The position numbers and the translations under genes are program-made. DNA of 56,881 nucleotides, filler included, from Sphacelaria rigidula (taxonomy: Eukaryota), in NCBI GenBank assembly GCA_964200075.2. It is 7 parts of 7 records of this genome, joined end to end, with 100 filler letters (N's around TTAATTAATTAA, not from the genome) between each part and the next. Parts side by side here need not be neighbours in the genome. Positions count along the whole stretch, not along the records: positions 32,564 to 40,603 come from CAXNAA020012538.1; positions 40,704 to 48,742 come from CAXNAA020012539.1; positions 48,843 to 56,881 come from CAXNAA020012540.1; 4 more parts are not named here. One strand, written 5' to 3'. Shown one piece after another: positions 37,422-49,797 of the stretch; within the stretch, counting starts at the first letter, position 1, and every line of letters begins with the position of its first letter. The notes under the pieces are model-generated. The model saw only the letters and a list, made by a program, of their open reading frames with translations. It was not told the DNA's origin and made no database searches.

Positions 37422-38203
37422 TGTAATGCGTGAGAGGACTGCGTGCTTAGAGGACCTGTTGCAGGTTAAGGGCAACGCCCGGTTGAGGGCAACTTTTCGC
37501 TTAAGGGCAAGTGTCCCTGACTATGGGGAAGCGCCCCTGGTTAGGGGGGAACGGCCCGGATTAGGGGCAAGCGCCCCTGACTATGGGGAAACGCACCTGG
37601 GTAAGGGGGAGCGCCCATGACTATGGGGAAGCGCACCTGGGTAGGGGAAAGCGCACCTGGATAGGGGGGAACGGCCCGGATTAGGGGCAAGCGCCCCTGA
37701 CTATGGGGAAGCGCATCTGGGTAAGGGGAAGCGCACCTGGGTAGGGGGGAGCGCATCTGGATACGGGCAAGCGCCCCTGAATAATGGCATCTGCCCCTAG
37801 CGACGGAGAAGCGATACACGTATCGTCATCATATTCCCGAATCAGCCGAAGAATGCCAAACTGTCTAGGGCGTGCTAAGTGTAATGCGTGAGAGGACCGC
37901 GTGCTTAGAGGACCAGTCAGGGGCGCTTCCCCCTACCCAGGTGCGCTTCCCCATAGTCAGGGGCGCTTGCCCTTAATCCGGACCGCTTGCCCTTAAGCGA
38001 AAAGTTGCCCTTAACCGGGCGTTGTCCTTAACCTGCAACAGGACCGCGCCGTAGGTCAAAACACCGCAGGATCGATGTTTTTCAAAACCAATCGGGCCAG
38101 TCCTTGCAGGTACCACGCCCTTGACCCTAAGCCCAACCCTAACCATGGGGATGTTCAAATTCCGATGCGGTCCTCTAAGCACGCGGACCTCTCACGCATA
38201 ACA
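37422..38203. mobile_element. Composite nested TGT...ACA MITE with an internal inverted element, outer 5-bp TSD ACGTC
   Basis: Left TIR at 37422 and again at 37880; right TIR ends at 38203; ACGTC flanks both ends; inner TGTTGCAGG element present in both orientations. Confidence 0.85.
37500..37795. repeat. GC-rich ~19-21-bp variant tandem array (GGGGAAGCGCACCTGGGTA / GGGGCAAGCGCCCCTGACTAT)
   Basis: Directly visible; the reverse complement is at 37915-37995. Confidence 0.88.
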
Positions 38204-39347
38204 ACGTCGTTCATTCTTGCGCATCCTTTGCACAATGCGTAGATAACAACAACCTTTTATCTTCAATATTCACCTGATTTGTGCATCTGAGTTGTAACAC
38301 GTGACCCAAGGCTCCACTACCCCATTTCAGACGTACGCAACATGCATGTGGGGAAAGTTGACGAGTATCCACAGCTCGTTCTCCTCGAAATCCGCCTACA
38401 AATTGCACATATATCCAGATATCTGGATATCCAGATATCAACCATTTTTTACAATCCGCGGATTGATCGGGATAAGGCTGCCGAAAACCCGGAATCCGCT
38501 CTTTTTGAAAATCGTACGGAACACATCTCTAATAGTGATCTAACTGATATTTTCGGCCGTTCTTTCGTTTTCTCCATTTACTTGCGCTTCTTTGTTTCTC
38601 GTATTTTGAGAATCGCCTCTTTCTTCTCGCAATCTATCTCCGTATGTTCTGTTGTGCTGTGTGTTTTTGTTGTCGAGTCTATCACACAGTTCCGGGGGAA
38701 CGTGAATTTCCATCAGCGGTATTCGCTGTCGCGGCATGGAAACATTGCACGCGATTTTTGCCGGTATGGTGACTAGCTTGAGTCATCCGACTTCGTTCAT
38801 TTTTTCTATGAGACAGAAAAAGTCTACTGCTTGTACAGTATTTTTACAGTCCGCACATCTCGCAATGTGCAGTGGGACAACCACCGCACGTCCAACTGTG
38901 CAGGAGATTCCCCAATGAGGGTTCGATGGTCAGACACTTTTGCAGCACCAGCCGATGTTGTCATCCATTCTTTTTTGTCTAGCTGTTTCCGGCTTCAGAC
39001 CGTGTACAGCAAGAAGTACAGCTTGCCTTCCGTGGTGACGCGTATCTCTCCACCGCTGCTCTGGAAACAAGCTATGTCCCAGGCGAGACTTCTACTGTCG
39101 ACGATTGACGCCATGAGCTTCCGATAGAACGACAGGTAGACGATATGCCAACAGGACGTCCTTGCTCGTGGTAAAATCACGCGTCGGGTGTGCTCGAAGT
39201 TGCACTGACCTCGCAGAGTCGAGAAGGACTGAGAGATCCAAGACAGGGCCTTCCCCAGTCCTCATGCACAAGAATCCTTGCGGGCACTACTAACCGCAAC
39301 GCAAACCCGCTCGCGGCTGACAGCTCAGAGCACATTGATGGACCCTG

Positions 39348-39582
39348 TGTAATGCGTGAGAGGACCGCGTGCTTAGAGGACCGCGCCGTAGTTCAAAACA
39401 CCTCAAGATCGACGTTTTTCGAAACCAATCGGGCCAGTCCCTGCAGGTACCACGCCCCTGACCATAACCCTAACACCAACCCTGACCCTAACCCTAACAC
39501 CAACCCTGACCCTAACCCTAAACCTAGGGATGTTCAAATTCCAATGCGATCCTCTAAGCACGCGGTCCTCTCACGCATTACA
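39348..39582. mobile_element. TGT...ACA MITE with an internal (CCCTAA)-like tract
   Basis: Near-perfect TIRs; flanks CCCTG / CCCCG (5-bp TSD, 1 mismatch). Confidence 0.9.
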
Positions 39583-39626
39583 CCCCGAACACGTAGGCCG
39601 GTCTGCAAACAACTAAGCCAATAACC

Positions 39627-40042
39627 CGGGATCTTACAAATTCGGGATGGATCTTTTATTGGGGATGAGAAATCCAGAGAAATAAAATCTTCGTATCCAC
39701 AACAAATCTTCGAAATATGGTTCTATTTTTTCACCTTCTGATAGCTATTGACAACTGCTACACACCACAGAAATTTGGACTTCGATCGCCGGAATGTTGG
39801 GGTCCTCGGTGAAAAACCATTTTGGGGGAATTCCGGGTGTCCGAACGGACGCCAAGATGGTTCCGAAATTAGTTTTTCACCTAGGACCCCAACATTTTGA
39901 TGATCGAAATTCAAACTTATATGGCGTGTAGCAGTTGTCAATAGCTATCAGTAGGTGAAGAAATGAAACCGTTTTTCGAAGATTTATTGTGGATACGAAG
40001 TATTTAGTTCTCCGGGATCCTCATCCCCAATAAAAGATCCCG
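39627..40042. mobile_element. Foldback MITE, same family as 14455-14856
   Basis: GGATCTTTTATTGGGGATGAG / CTCATCCCCAATAAAAGATCC arms; central part inverted relative to the 14455 copy. Confidence 0.87.
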
Positions 40043-40538
40043 TCTTCAATGCTGGAGGTATCTTGGTTCGCTTAGATCGCTTGTCCCGTTTCTTTACGAT
40101 AGTCGGTCGCACGTTGCCGGAGTTGTACTGCCACTACTCTAGTTTCATCGAGCAGGAAAACGTCAATCGAACTCCTCCCTACCTTTGGATTGGGATTGTT
40201 AAAATTGTTTCACCGAGAAATCTTCGTCGTGAGTGAAAGTGCGTGCTCGACAAGAGATCGGCTGTCAAGCTTTTCGAGGGCGGTGTGCGGCATGTTCATT
40301 TTCCCCGACCACAAGGCTAACAAAAAATGACGAAGGCGGCATATGATGTGTACGACGCGACAAACAGAGCGTGGTGCCCCCATCTTTCATGGACTGTACA
40401 GGCTGGTTCACGGCGATCACCCAAAATTGTGTCCTCAGCAAATGCCTTACGCAAGACGCACCCAATAGTCGCATATATGGTATCATACTGACCGCAATGA
40501 AGAGACGAAGAGGGTGACTAACATAACTGGATTTTTGT

Positions 40539-40603
40539 TCAACCCTTAGACCGCGAGGTCAGTCTTCGGTTGAATCGGCATCAATTTCAAGCGGAAAAAC
40601 GTA
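40539..40603 (+). mobile_element. piggyBac-like MITE, truncated by the contig end
   Basis: AACCCTTAGACCGCGAG...TGAATCGGCATCAATTTCA, as in 34913-35010. Confidence 0.7.
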
Positions 40604-40703
40604 NNNNNNNNNNNNNNNNNNNNNNNNNNNNNNNNNNNNNNNNNNNNTTAATTAATTAANNNNNNNNNNNNNNNNNNNNNNNNNNNNNNNNNNNNNNNNN
40701 NNN
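40604..40703. other. Artificial contig linker
   Basis: N44-TTAATTAATTAA-N44. Confidence 0.99.
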
Positions 40704-41067
40704 CCTCCAACTCATGAAAAAAAAACACTTTTGGTACTTTGGTAAATTTTTTTTTTATGCCCTATGCACTGTCGATACCAAATTTCAGGGTCCAACTCTA
40801 AACGTATAAAAAAGCATGGGCCTGCGAACTTCAAATCCGCCTCTAGGCTGGCCCAGCTCGTATCAAGACTCCACCTTCTGCCCCCTACATTTTTTTTTCG
40901 CGGGTTATCCACGATTTTGTAACAAAATAAACTGTTCTGAATTTTTGGTCGCCGATAATTCACGGAAAGACAAAAATAAATGTAGGGGCAGAAGGTGGCG
41001 TCTTTGCGCATACATCCTGTATATCGTGTCAGAATTTCATAGGAAACGACTCAGAATTGAGCTGCTC

Positions 41068-41448
41068 AGACCACTTTGTATGGCAACCAATTCGTATTTG
41101 TACAAAGATGAGGATTTCAGCCCGTTTGAATCCGATTTTCTCCCGTGGATTGATTTTTCGGACCCCAGTCCGTTGGACACTTTTTTTCGCATAGCTCTGA
41201 GGAAACTAGATCAATTCTCCGATTCTCTGGGCGCTGACTTTTGGTCCATCACCTTTCTGCTCAGATCGAGAGACTCCCGCATCTCCCCCGATTTGGGCAG
41301 AATTGATCTGGTTTCCTCAGAGCTATGCGAAAAACATTGTCCAACGGACTGGGGTCCGAAAAATCAATCCACGGGAGAAAATCGGATTCAAACGGGCTGA
41401 AATCCTCATACTTGTACGAATACGGATGGTTGCCATACAAAGTGGTCT
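41068..41448. mobile_element. Foldback element with ~150-bp near-perfect inverted arms
   Basis: AGACCACTTTGTATGGCAACC...GATCAATTCT / AGAATTGATC...GGTTGCCATACAAAGTGGTCT. Confidence 0.88.
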
Positions 41449-42225
41449 AAATTGCGTGTTCGGGTTGAAGACCGGTTCCGATGTGGAGATGGACCAGCCA
41501 CGAAAAAATGTACGCGGTTATGCTGTTCAATTTCAAGTATTTTTCCACAAAATTTTGACACGATGTGCATGAAGTATGTTGTAAAGTCCCTATTGTTCCC
41601 CCTGGACATTTTCTTTATTTTTCAATGAGGTGTCGACGCTTTTGTACCAGGAAAAAATGTTCCGAAATTTAGATCACCAATTACTCACGAGGAAGAAGAA
41701 AAATGAAAGAGAGCGAAACGGTAGGGACTTCATATATACCTAATGTATATCGTGTCAAAATTTCATGAAAAACGACTTGAAATTGAGCGGTGAAATCGCG
41801 CTCTTCTGTCGAGAAGCTCTTCACTTGCTTTTAGATAACAACAACCTCAGCCGGAACTTTGACGTTTTCCACAAGCCCGACGCCTCGGAGCGCTGGAGGT
41901 CTCGTCTGCGTGTCATCTCAGACCCTGCGCGCGTACAGTACATGCATCGTTGAACAACCACAACTAGTGCAGCACCATCACTTTGCGGCCGCGGCACAAC
42001 CGACTGTAACCGTAAATGCGATTTCAGATGTTTTTTCCCTGATTCCGCCGCACGTGGCACGCTCAACTCTCTACACTTCGCAGTGCTACATGAAGTAAAA
42101 GACGCGCGTTGATTTGCAGATTACCACGATGTGTCATAGTAGTAGGCACAACTTGCAATACATCGTCAGTTAAAACCGGCTGAAGGAAAGTCCGCTTCTC
42201 AGGCGGCCCAGCCTGTACTGTACAG

Positions 42226-42912
42226 TAGTAGTGGCCCCGATTTTATGTCAACTATTTTGTTCCAAATAAATTATATGCCGTTTTTTTCCAGGGAACATAA
42301 TTTTTTTGCCTTTCGTGTCGCTTTCGTATTGTCCTCCCAGAAAGGGCACGTTATGAAGATTTATACCGACGCGGGATATTTTCGGGTCATTTTTGTGCCC
42401 AGAGATCAGCTTGACATGCGAGCTTGCCGCGAGTGAAGCACGAACATGGCAGCTCTCGAAGTTGTAAGTCATGCCATGTGCAGCAGCGCTCGCGCAAGGG
42501 ACCAGAATTTTTCTGTGGCTGCCACTTGTAGGTCGTCGGGCGTTGTCACAACAAGAGCAAGATCATTCACCTAGCACTGTACTGTATGGGCACAGTACAG
42601 TATTATAGCAGTCTACTACTGTATACAATGAATTTATTCCCTTCATCAGTAAAACAATTGTTGAGATAAAGGCCATCTACCCCGAAGCCCATCTGCACCC
42701 AAACGTTACTCAACAACGTGGATTCACGGTCAAAGAGTGTTACATAGCGCATAATTGTGCTTTGTTTGCTAGTCCGAATTTACGCTGAACCGGTATAGAA
42801 GTGCCCCCCCGGTTATACGCCGAAATAGCATATAAACGATTTTGTGACATTTCAATTTTATGCCGTTTTGGGGGGGGGGACACCACCCGGCATAAAATCG
42901 GGGCCTCTACTA
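42226..42912. mobile_element. Non-autonomous Tc1/pogo-like element
   Basis: TIRs TAGTAGTGGCCCCGATTTTATGTC / GGCATAAAATCGGGGCCTCTACTA in a TA context. Confidence 0.65.
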
Positions 42913-43248
42913 TATACTCGTAGGGATGCGGGTGTTACCTTCAGTAGTGTTCACCAACATTGAGCTAGAACATGTCCATGGTTGATATTACTTGATTCGG
43001 GTCTGAACAACGAGAATCGGATCCTCAGTAGGGCTGACAGTCCCGTGTGCTCCTTGCATGCGCAGAATGCGTTTTCGTCGAAATCGACGCTACAGGCGCC
43101 GATTTGGGGCCTACCAAGGCCATAATCTGCCTAGGGAATGTCGCGTACCTCACGTGCCCGAGAGTTCTCGGTATGCGTTGGGTTGGGGTTAGGGTTACGG
43201 GTAGCGATAGTTGTATAATGTGTCAACCATAGACATATTTTAGCCTAA

Positions 43249-44462
43249 GGCGGTTTCTTATGGTTCTCTCTGTCCCCTCGTATTTTGTAAATTACATGGA
43301 AAAAATACAAGTTGCCTACTTATGGTTCGTTTTTTCACAAGATTCTCAGGGAAAAAATACAAGACGAGGGAAATTTTACGAGATGGGCCCTCCTGGTTTG
43401 TATTTTTTTCTAAAATACGAGACGAGATCAACTTGTATTTTTCTCTCATATTTTTCATTCGCGGCGCGGCGAGACTAGCAACGCCCGCCAGCCCTGAATA
43501 TGTTTATGCCCTTCGTCATCTGCGGGGCCCTCATGATAGCAATGTCGAACATCCCCCCGTTTACACACTAGACCAAACTTTGCTTCGCATCCCGGCGAAC
43601 GCCAGATGTCTTCTGGGGTTGATGATCTATTGGCATCGACCGTGCTCTCGAAAACCTGCAGCATAGACAGTACCCAGCGCAGAGATCACAAGATACTGTC
43701 TGTGCTGTCTCATGCAGTGAGTTGGAGGTGTCAGTTTTCACACGACAGTAGTGCGCACGGCTGTAGTAATAATGATGTGTACAGCGTGAGATATGTGGAA
43801 GACATGCAATACAGGCAACACTAGGCAGTACTGTACTGTCTGCACTGCCGCATTGAACAGAAGGATCCGCATGCCATGCTGCACCCAACGGCTGCCGAAC
43901 ATGATCTGGACAACGTGCAGTGCAGACAATACAAGGCTTGTACTGTCGCATTCAACAGTACAGGATTAAACGTTAGTTTGCCAGTAGTGTACAACGGCTG
44001 CAATAAATATGATGTGGACAACGTGCGGTACAGACAGAACTAAGCAGTACCGCACTAAAATTGATGTGGAGGAGTGCGGTACAGACAAAACTGTATGTAC
44101 TACCGCATACAAGATACGGCAGTATAGGATGAAGATTTCAGTTTGCACAGAGTATGATCTGGGCCAGCAGCGATCTGGGGAGTTCCACGTTTCACGCCTT
44201 CTTACACCAACACAGGAAGCTTGGCATGGCGAAGTCTTCAGGTCTTTGCACCGCGCCTTGGCGTGCACACCTCCATTGAAATCCGCTGAAGGTACTTTTA
44301 CTTTTGGTACCTCTCCGCTCTTTTTGTATCCCACCCGCCTCAGAAATATATCTGGAACCGTAAGGCAGGGTCAACATCTATCGTTGTATTTTTCCTAGCG
44401 GTATCTTTCGTCGTAAGTTTTTGCAAAATACGATGGGAAAAAACGAACCGGAAGAAACGGCC
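43249..44462. mobile_element. PIF/Harbinger-like non-autonomous element, TAA TSD
   Basis: TAA|GGCGGTTTCTTATGGTTC...CGTATTTTG at the left; CAAAATACG...GAACCGGAAGAAACGGCC|TAA at the right. Confidence 0.6.
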
Positions 44463-45887
44463 TAACGCCGGTTAACTAGCCTATTTTTTCTTACTCGGTT
44501 GGATTCTTTCCGAGAATCCCATCGACTGTTGGGCCGACGTTTTTTTCTTGTGTTTTCATGCCGCTGAGCATAGCCCACGTCCTCACAACCCACAACTCCC
44601 GAAACATGACGGTTCGAGTCAGCACCCAACTATAATATACGAGACAGCACATCGAATCTTCGGGCATGGCGTGGACCATGATTGTCATGCTGCTGTCGTT
44701 GACGACCGGGGTCAAGTTTTCACACCATTTGTGCTCCCGATGGGAATTTTTCGCACCCTGGGCAGTATGGTCAAAAGTTGCAATAGGCCTACTGTACACG
44801 TGACGCAGTACATTTTTTGTCTAACGCAACAAGTGGCCATAATGCTGAGACCGTGTTTCATGGAGATAAAGAAAATAAGTGGGAAAAGAAACAAGCGGCG
44901 AAAAAGAGCATGTTGAGTAGTCGCCGTAACCATAGACCCGCCCGGGAATCAATCAACATGTTGCGTTGGAAGGTTGTTCCTTTCCCCCTCTCCTTTTTTG
45001 GCCTCGGTGAGACACGGCCTGAGGGCGCATGATATCCACTGGATACCATTCCCCCCCCCCTTGGAAAAAAAAGAGAGAATTACGAGCTGGGCCAGCAGTA
45101 AATCCTGCATTCGCTTTCCACACCACAACTTCTCAAGTTTTCCAAATCAGCGCGACTTGAGCATATCGCTGTGAAATGTAGATCAACCTCGTAAGATACT
45201 GCACCGCCGCTGAATGAAGAAACAAGATGAAAAAAAATGCACTGTATTATAAATGACCTCAACGACAGAACGATATATATATATATATATATGTATGTCG
45301 GGATTCGAACTCACGACCTCCATATAACTAGAGTCTCCTGTATCACTTGGATTAAAGGGGCGCGGCCGCATCACACAAAAAGTGCGACGCGGCGCCCAAT
45401 ATAAGGTATTTTCGCCACAACTTTACTAGGATGTTGTGGACGCAAGTGCCCACAACATTGTTCGGGGGTGCAGCCGTATGCATCATTTTTTCACGAAGTT
45501 AAATTTCCCTGTTTTTGCTGAAACTTTAATGCGCTCTGACTTGTTTGTTTGTTTTTTCCTCTGTACCCCCAAAGAAGCGTTGGGCGAGTTGATGATGAAA
45601 ATGCCGTGTCCAAATCTCAGCGCCTATCTCTTCGCATTACCGATCGCATCGCCAGGGTTGATTGAAAAAATCACAGTCAGCTGGTCCAGCTCGTACAATA
45701 ACGAGCACCGAATGGTAACTTTTGGAGGCGTTATGTCTTACTTCGAGTTTACCAAGCAACCGGCCTCACTCCAACCGAAAGCGTGCTTGCTGCATTTCTG
45801 CGTTCTTCCCGATGTTCATCGTCGTGTAACGGCACACGGCATTTGACCCCCCCAACCCCACCACCCCGGCGACGAACCAAATAATAG

Positions 45888-46799
45888 GGGCGATGATTCT
45901 GAAGAGGAGTATGACTTCGAATACTCTGATGATGAGGAAGAGGAAACGGACGTGGACCTGGAGAACAGGTACTATTCCGCCAAGGCGCTCAAGACAGAAG
46001 ATCCAAGAGCTGCGGTTGAAGCCTTCCGAGAGGTACATGAGCCAAGAAGGCTTGCATACTAACACTTGATTGTACAAAACTTGGCTGCCAGTCGTTCTGT
46101 GCGGTGACGTCTATTTATTCACCTGGCGGATTTTTTGTTGTTGTGAGCTATGAGTCGCCGTAGGTTGAAAAAAAACATATTTCATCGTTATTTGTCCTTG
46201 CGCGGTTGTGCGATATTCTTAGTGCTGACCCGACATCCCGCGTGTGGACAATAGATACTTCCGGATCTTGTAGGCGAGGACTTACGCGAAGAGGTCCAAC
46301 TGTTACACCGTTCGGAGGAATCATGGCCGGTTCGAATCACCGAATCCACGATTTTTCAGGCCTGGCTGCTTTGTAAGAGAGAAAAAGTTGACCGCTGGTC
46401 AAAAAAGTCTCCACGCGGTTTTTGCGCCATTTCACGTGCCTGGGCTGCGCGTATCTGGGTTGCAACGCTGAAAACAAAGGCTAAGGATTGATTCGTACGG
46501 TACGAATCAGTCACACTAAAATCAAGTATTTTCCAGATGAATCATTTATTCGCCCGACCCTTGAACTGTAACGTTATTCCGTGCTAGAGATGGTGCTCCA
46601 TTTGTTGTGCGATTGAAGACACGTCCACCATGGTTGCACCATACCTGACCATACACCTTGTCGCCACGAATCGATTAGGTGATCGAGAGGGAAGAAGAGC
46701 AGGGGATATGGGGTTTCAAGGCTACCAAGCAGACAATGAAGCTGTTGTTTGCCATGGCGCAATACGACGAGTTCTCGCAGTGCTACACCAAATTACTAG
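45888..46799 (+). CDS. COPS2: COP9 signalosome subunit 2, two N-terminal exons
   Basis: Exons 45888-46032 and 46679-46799 give GDDSEEEYDFEYSDDEEEETDVDLENRYYSAKALKTEDPRAAVEAFREVIEREEEQGIWGFKATKQTMKLLF...YTKLL, matching the CSN2 motifs VDLENQYYNSKALK and WGFKALKQ. Confidence 0.93.
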
Positions 46800-47897
46800 G
46801 TGAGACTATGTTATACATTTGTGTATGTACTGTACATTCGGTGTGCTGCGCGCACCTCAACTCTTTTAGGACCGACCCCCACTAACACGGGGTTTATCAT
46901 GTGTTCGTGAAATAATGAAAAATAAGTCAGGGAGCGACCTGCCCAATCACGGCGAGGCGAAATGTATCGACCAGATCCGAACGACCAGCGCGGGGACTGT
47001 TACCGCGTGTGATGTCACTGCGAAGATCGTGTTGGGGCCCTATCCCTGGCCCAGATGAGCCTTCCCAGGTATGCAAATCCCGGATGCTCGGGAAATGGCT
47101 TCTCCTATTCGTTGCATGCAGTATAGCGTTCCCGGGATTTCCTGGATGTTTTTTTGGGTCGCCAGCCCAGACTACAACGTAGTAACTGCACTAACACAGG
47201 GTCGACCGGGAAAACCGAGAAGGAGTGTACATGCCACAATGGTCATTTTCACGAGGCACTAAACCCAGGTGGGCCGTGGGATAACGAAAGGAGCTATCGT
47301 CATGAATCCTGCCTATCCCTCTGTCGATGGCTTGCAGAACACTGTGAACATGCATGTAGTGGGCGGGAATGAACAAGCTGTGTATAGGCAGTTGATCTCG
47401 GTAGCTGAGAACTGCCCAGGACGTGCAAGGGAGTATACAGCGGCAGATGCTGCTGCAGTCGGAGAGGCGTACTGCACTGTACTGTACTGTACTGTACTGT
47501 ATGCATGTGCGCCGCAACGCTGATACACTTCGAAGAACATTTGCCGCATGCAACAAAGAGGCAAATGGCGGCCCACCCCGACCACAAAGGGCTGTGTGGC
47601 AAGGTGATGGGGACAATGATACCATCCAAAGCCACAAGTAGCGAGCGGCCCACCGGTCGCCGCATCCTGTTGAAAGCTCTCTACCGCGACCCATACTGCC
47701 TTCTACATCAGATGTACATTACCTAATGCGCACCCCGCACCTGAAAATAGATTGATTGAAACTTTCGGTCTTCGTCATAACCCTGTGTGGTTACATACGC
47801 GGATTTTCAGCAACACGCCACTGTTTCGTGCAGACGCCAGACACGTCATTCCTAACCAGAATCATTGGTCGTTCTGGGGGGCCCGGTCCCAAAGGGG

Positions 47898-48003
47898 TTA
47901 ACCTTTCGATGGCGAGAGTAAGTCACCTGCTGAATCGGCATCAATATTCACGTGGAAAAAGTATGCGTGGCTGAGATGGACTACACAGACCGCGGTCTAA
48001 AGG
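47898..48003 (+). mobile_element. piggyBac-like MITE, degenerate copy
   Basis: TTAACC...CACCTGCTGAATCGGCATCAAT...CCGCGGTCTAAAGG. Confidence 0.7.
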
Positions 48004-48009
48004 CTGGTG

Positions 48010-48132
48010 GGAACCCCCTCCCAGGAATTGACGATTTTGTTTCTGCGAATCGGCATCATTTTTACTTGAGATCGACTGAAAATGATGCCGATTCACAAAA
48101 ACAAAAGCTGTCAATTCCTGGGAGTGGGTTCC
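48010..48132. repeat. ~123-bp near-perfect palindrome (hairpin MITE)
   Basis: GGAACCCCCTCCCAGGAATTGAC...GAATCGGCATCATTTT / AAAATGATGCCGATTC...GTCAATTCCTGGGAGTGGGTTCC. Confidence 0.85.
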
Positions 48133-48541
48133 AATTACTAATAATTAATTAATTCACCAGTGGTCTGTCGGGAGAGAAGATTTTCGGACACGGAGCTCCC
48201 TCCCTCTCCCGGAGGGCAACTTGTCGAAAAGTGTCGTGGATTTTTTTTTTCTCTAATATTATTGAAGAAATTTATCAAAAAAATATTGACAAAAACTGAA
48301 AAGTCTGGTGGTCTTTGCGAGGTTCGTATGTTTGCTGCTTCTCCTTGCCCGCTTTACTGTCCCGATGACCTCGGATGCCGGCCACCCTCACACACATGTA
48401 TGCACACGAGCGCACGGTAGCGACAGCCTGCAGCCAATGTAGCAATTTCATCTCACTCCTCGTCAAACTTGCCCGGACTAGTAGTAGGTACTCGAGGCCC
48501 ACGACACGGAACATGATCCCATAAACGTAATCATGGTAAGT

Positions 48542-48620
48542 GCCGCGCCCCGGTGGTTTAATGGTCCGACTGTCGCCATTAGGGTCGAGAGAACGGGGGT
48601 TCGATTCCCAATGCGCTGTG
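48542..48620 (+). mobile_element. tRNA-like SINE head or tRNA pseudogene
   Basis: GCCCCGGTGGTTTAATGGT (A box)...GGGGGTTCGATTCCC (T-arm / B box); no matching acceptor stem. Confidence 0.55.
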
Positions 48621-48742
48621 TTCTTTCTTCGTGATGTATCATTTCCACCGTGCAAAAGCGTGAGAACGTGAGTAAAAAAAGTAGCCGACTGGGTTTGTGT
48701 GACGTGAGTTGACGCGGTGCGGAAGTGCTGCCCCAATCCGCG

Positions 48743-48842
48743 NNNNNNNNNNNNNNNNNNNNNNNNNNNNNNNNNNNNNNNNNNNNTTAATTAATTAANN
48801 NNNNNNNNNNNNNNNNNNNNNNNNNNNNNNNNNNNNNNNNNN
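48743..48842. other. Artificial contig linker
   Basis: N44-TTAATTAATTAA-N44. Confidence 0.99.
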
Positions 48843-49797
48843 CCCCCCCGAAGCGTATAGGTACAGTCCAGTACTTAAGGGTTTTGTGGAATCCTGAGTA
48901 ATTGTAGCAGTCGATACCCGACCTAACCCGAGGTACTCGGGTACTTCCAAGTGCCCTGGTTCAGGATATTTACCCTGGGGTACATAGCACCGTACCCTGA
49001 CCGAAGTTGGCTATTTATGCTTGCCGTTTGTTACACTCGGTTCTTGCCTGTGTGTGTATGTTACACATTTTGAAGACTTGGAGGGTCAAAACGCGTTTGT
49101 CGGTTTTGACCTTCAAGAGGTACTCCGAAGGCGGCCCTGGGGTATATGCTACCGCACGACAATCAGGTGCTTCTGTTTCGTGTGTGTGTGTGTGTTTGTT
49201 TCTGTTTGTCCGTACATGTGTCGTGCTTTTAGTCGGTGATGCCCCACGTACCCTACTTCGTATTTCCGGCAGTCGATACCCGAGGTACTCGGGTTTGCAA
49301 ATACCCTCAAAGCTGAGGGTAGTATACTCTGAGTTACGCGGTACCTTACTCTATCACGATTGCAAAATTTCGCACGCCGTTTGCGACTCTCGATGCTTCT
49401 GTGTTCGTTTTTTTATTACGAAGAGCACGTTGCTCAGTTTTCACCTTGTATAGGTTACTCCGGAGGCAACCATTTGGGGCGGGGGGTAGACGGTTCTATA
49501 CCCTACTCACGTTTGAATTCACTTGCTGCACGCTTCTCACCCGGTACCTTTGTTCATTTTTTCAAACTATGCAATGCATTCCCCCCCCCACCCCCGGTTT
49601 TTGCCCTTGTAGAGATCCCACCAAACATGATAGTGAGGTATACGATATCACTCCCCTACACCACCTTTGCAGGTGTTTTGCTCCCCGTTTCTTACCCTCG
49701 GTGCTTCCGCTTTTTTTGTCTTGTGGATGGGGGTGGGGGTGGGGTGGGGGTGGGGTGGGGCCCAACACACGCGTTGGTCGGTTTCGCCCTTGGTAAG

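Noticed and set aside
37500-37795. CRISPR-like short repeat array
   Set aside because: Units are contiguous variants with no unique spacers, there are no cas genes, and the array sits inside a TIR element in eukaryotic DNA.
40816-41400. 194-aa ORF as a gene
   Set aside because: Runs through non-coding repeats and a palindrome; no protein motifs.
48542-48620. Functional tRNA gene (also considered near 14000 and 19730)
   Set aside because: A/B boxes are present but acceptor and anticodon stems are incomplete; better explained as SINE heads or pseudogenes.
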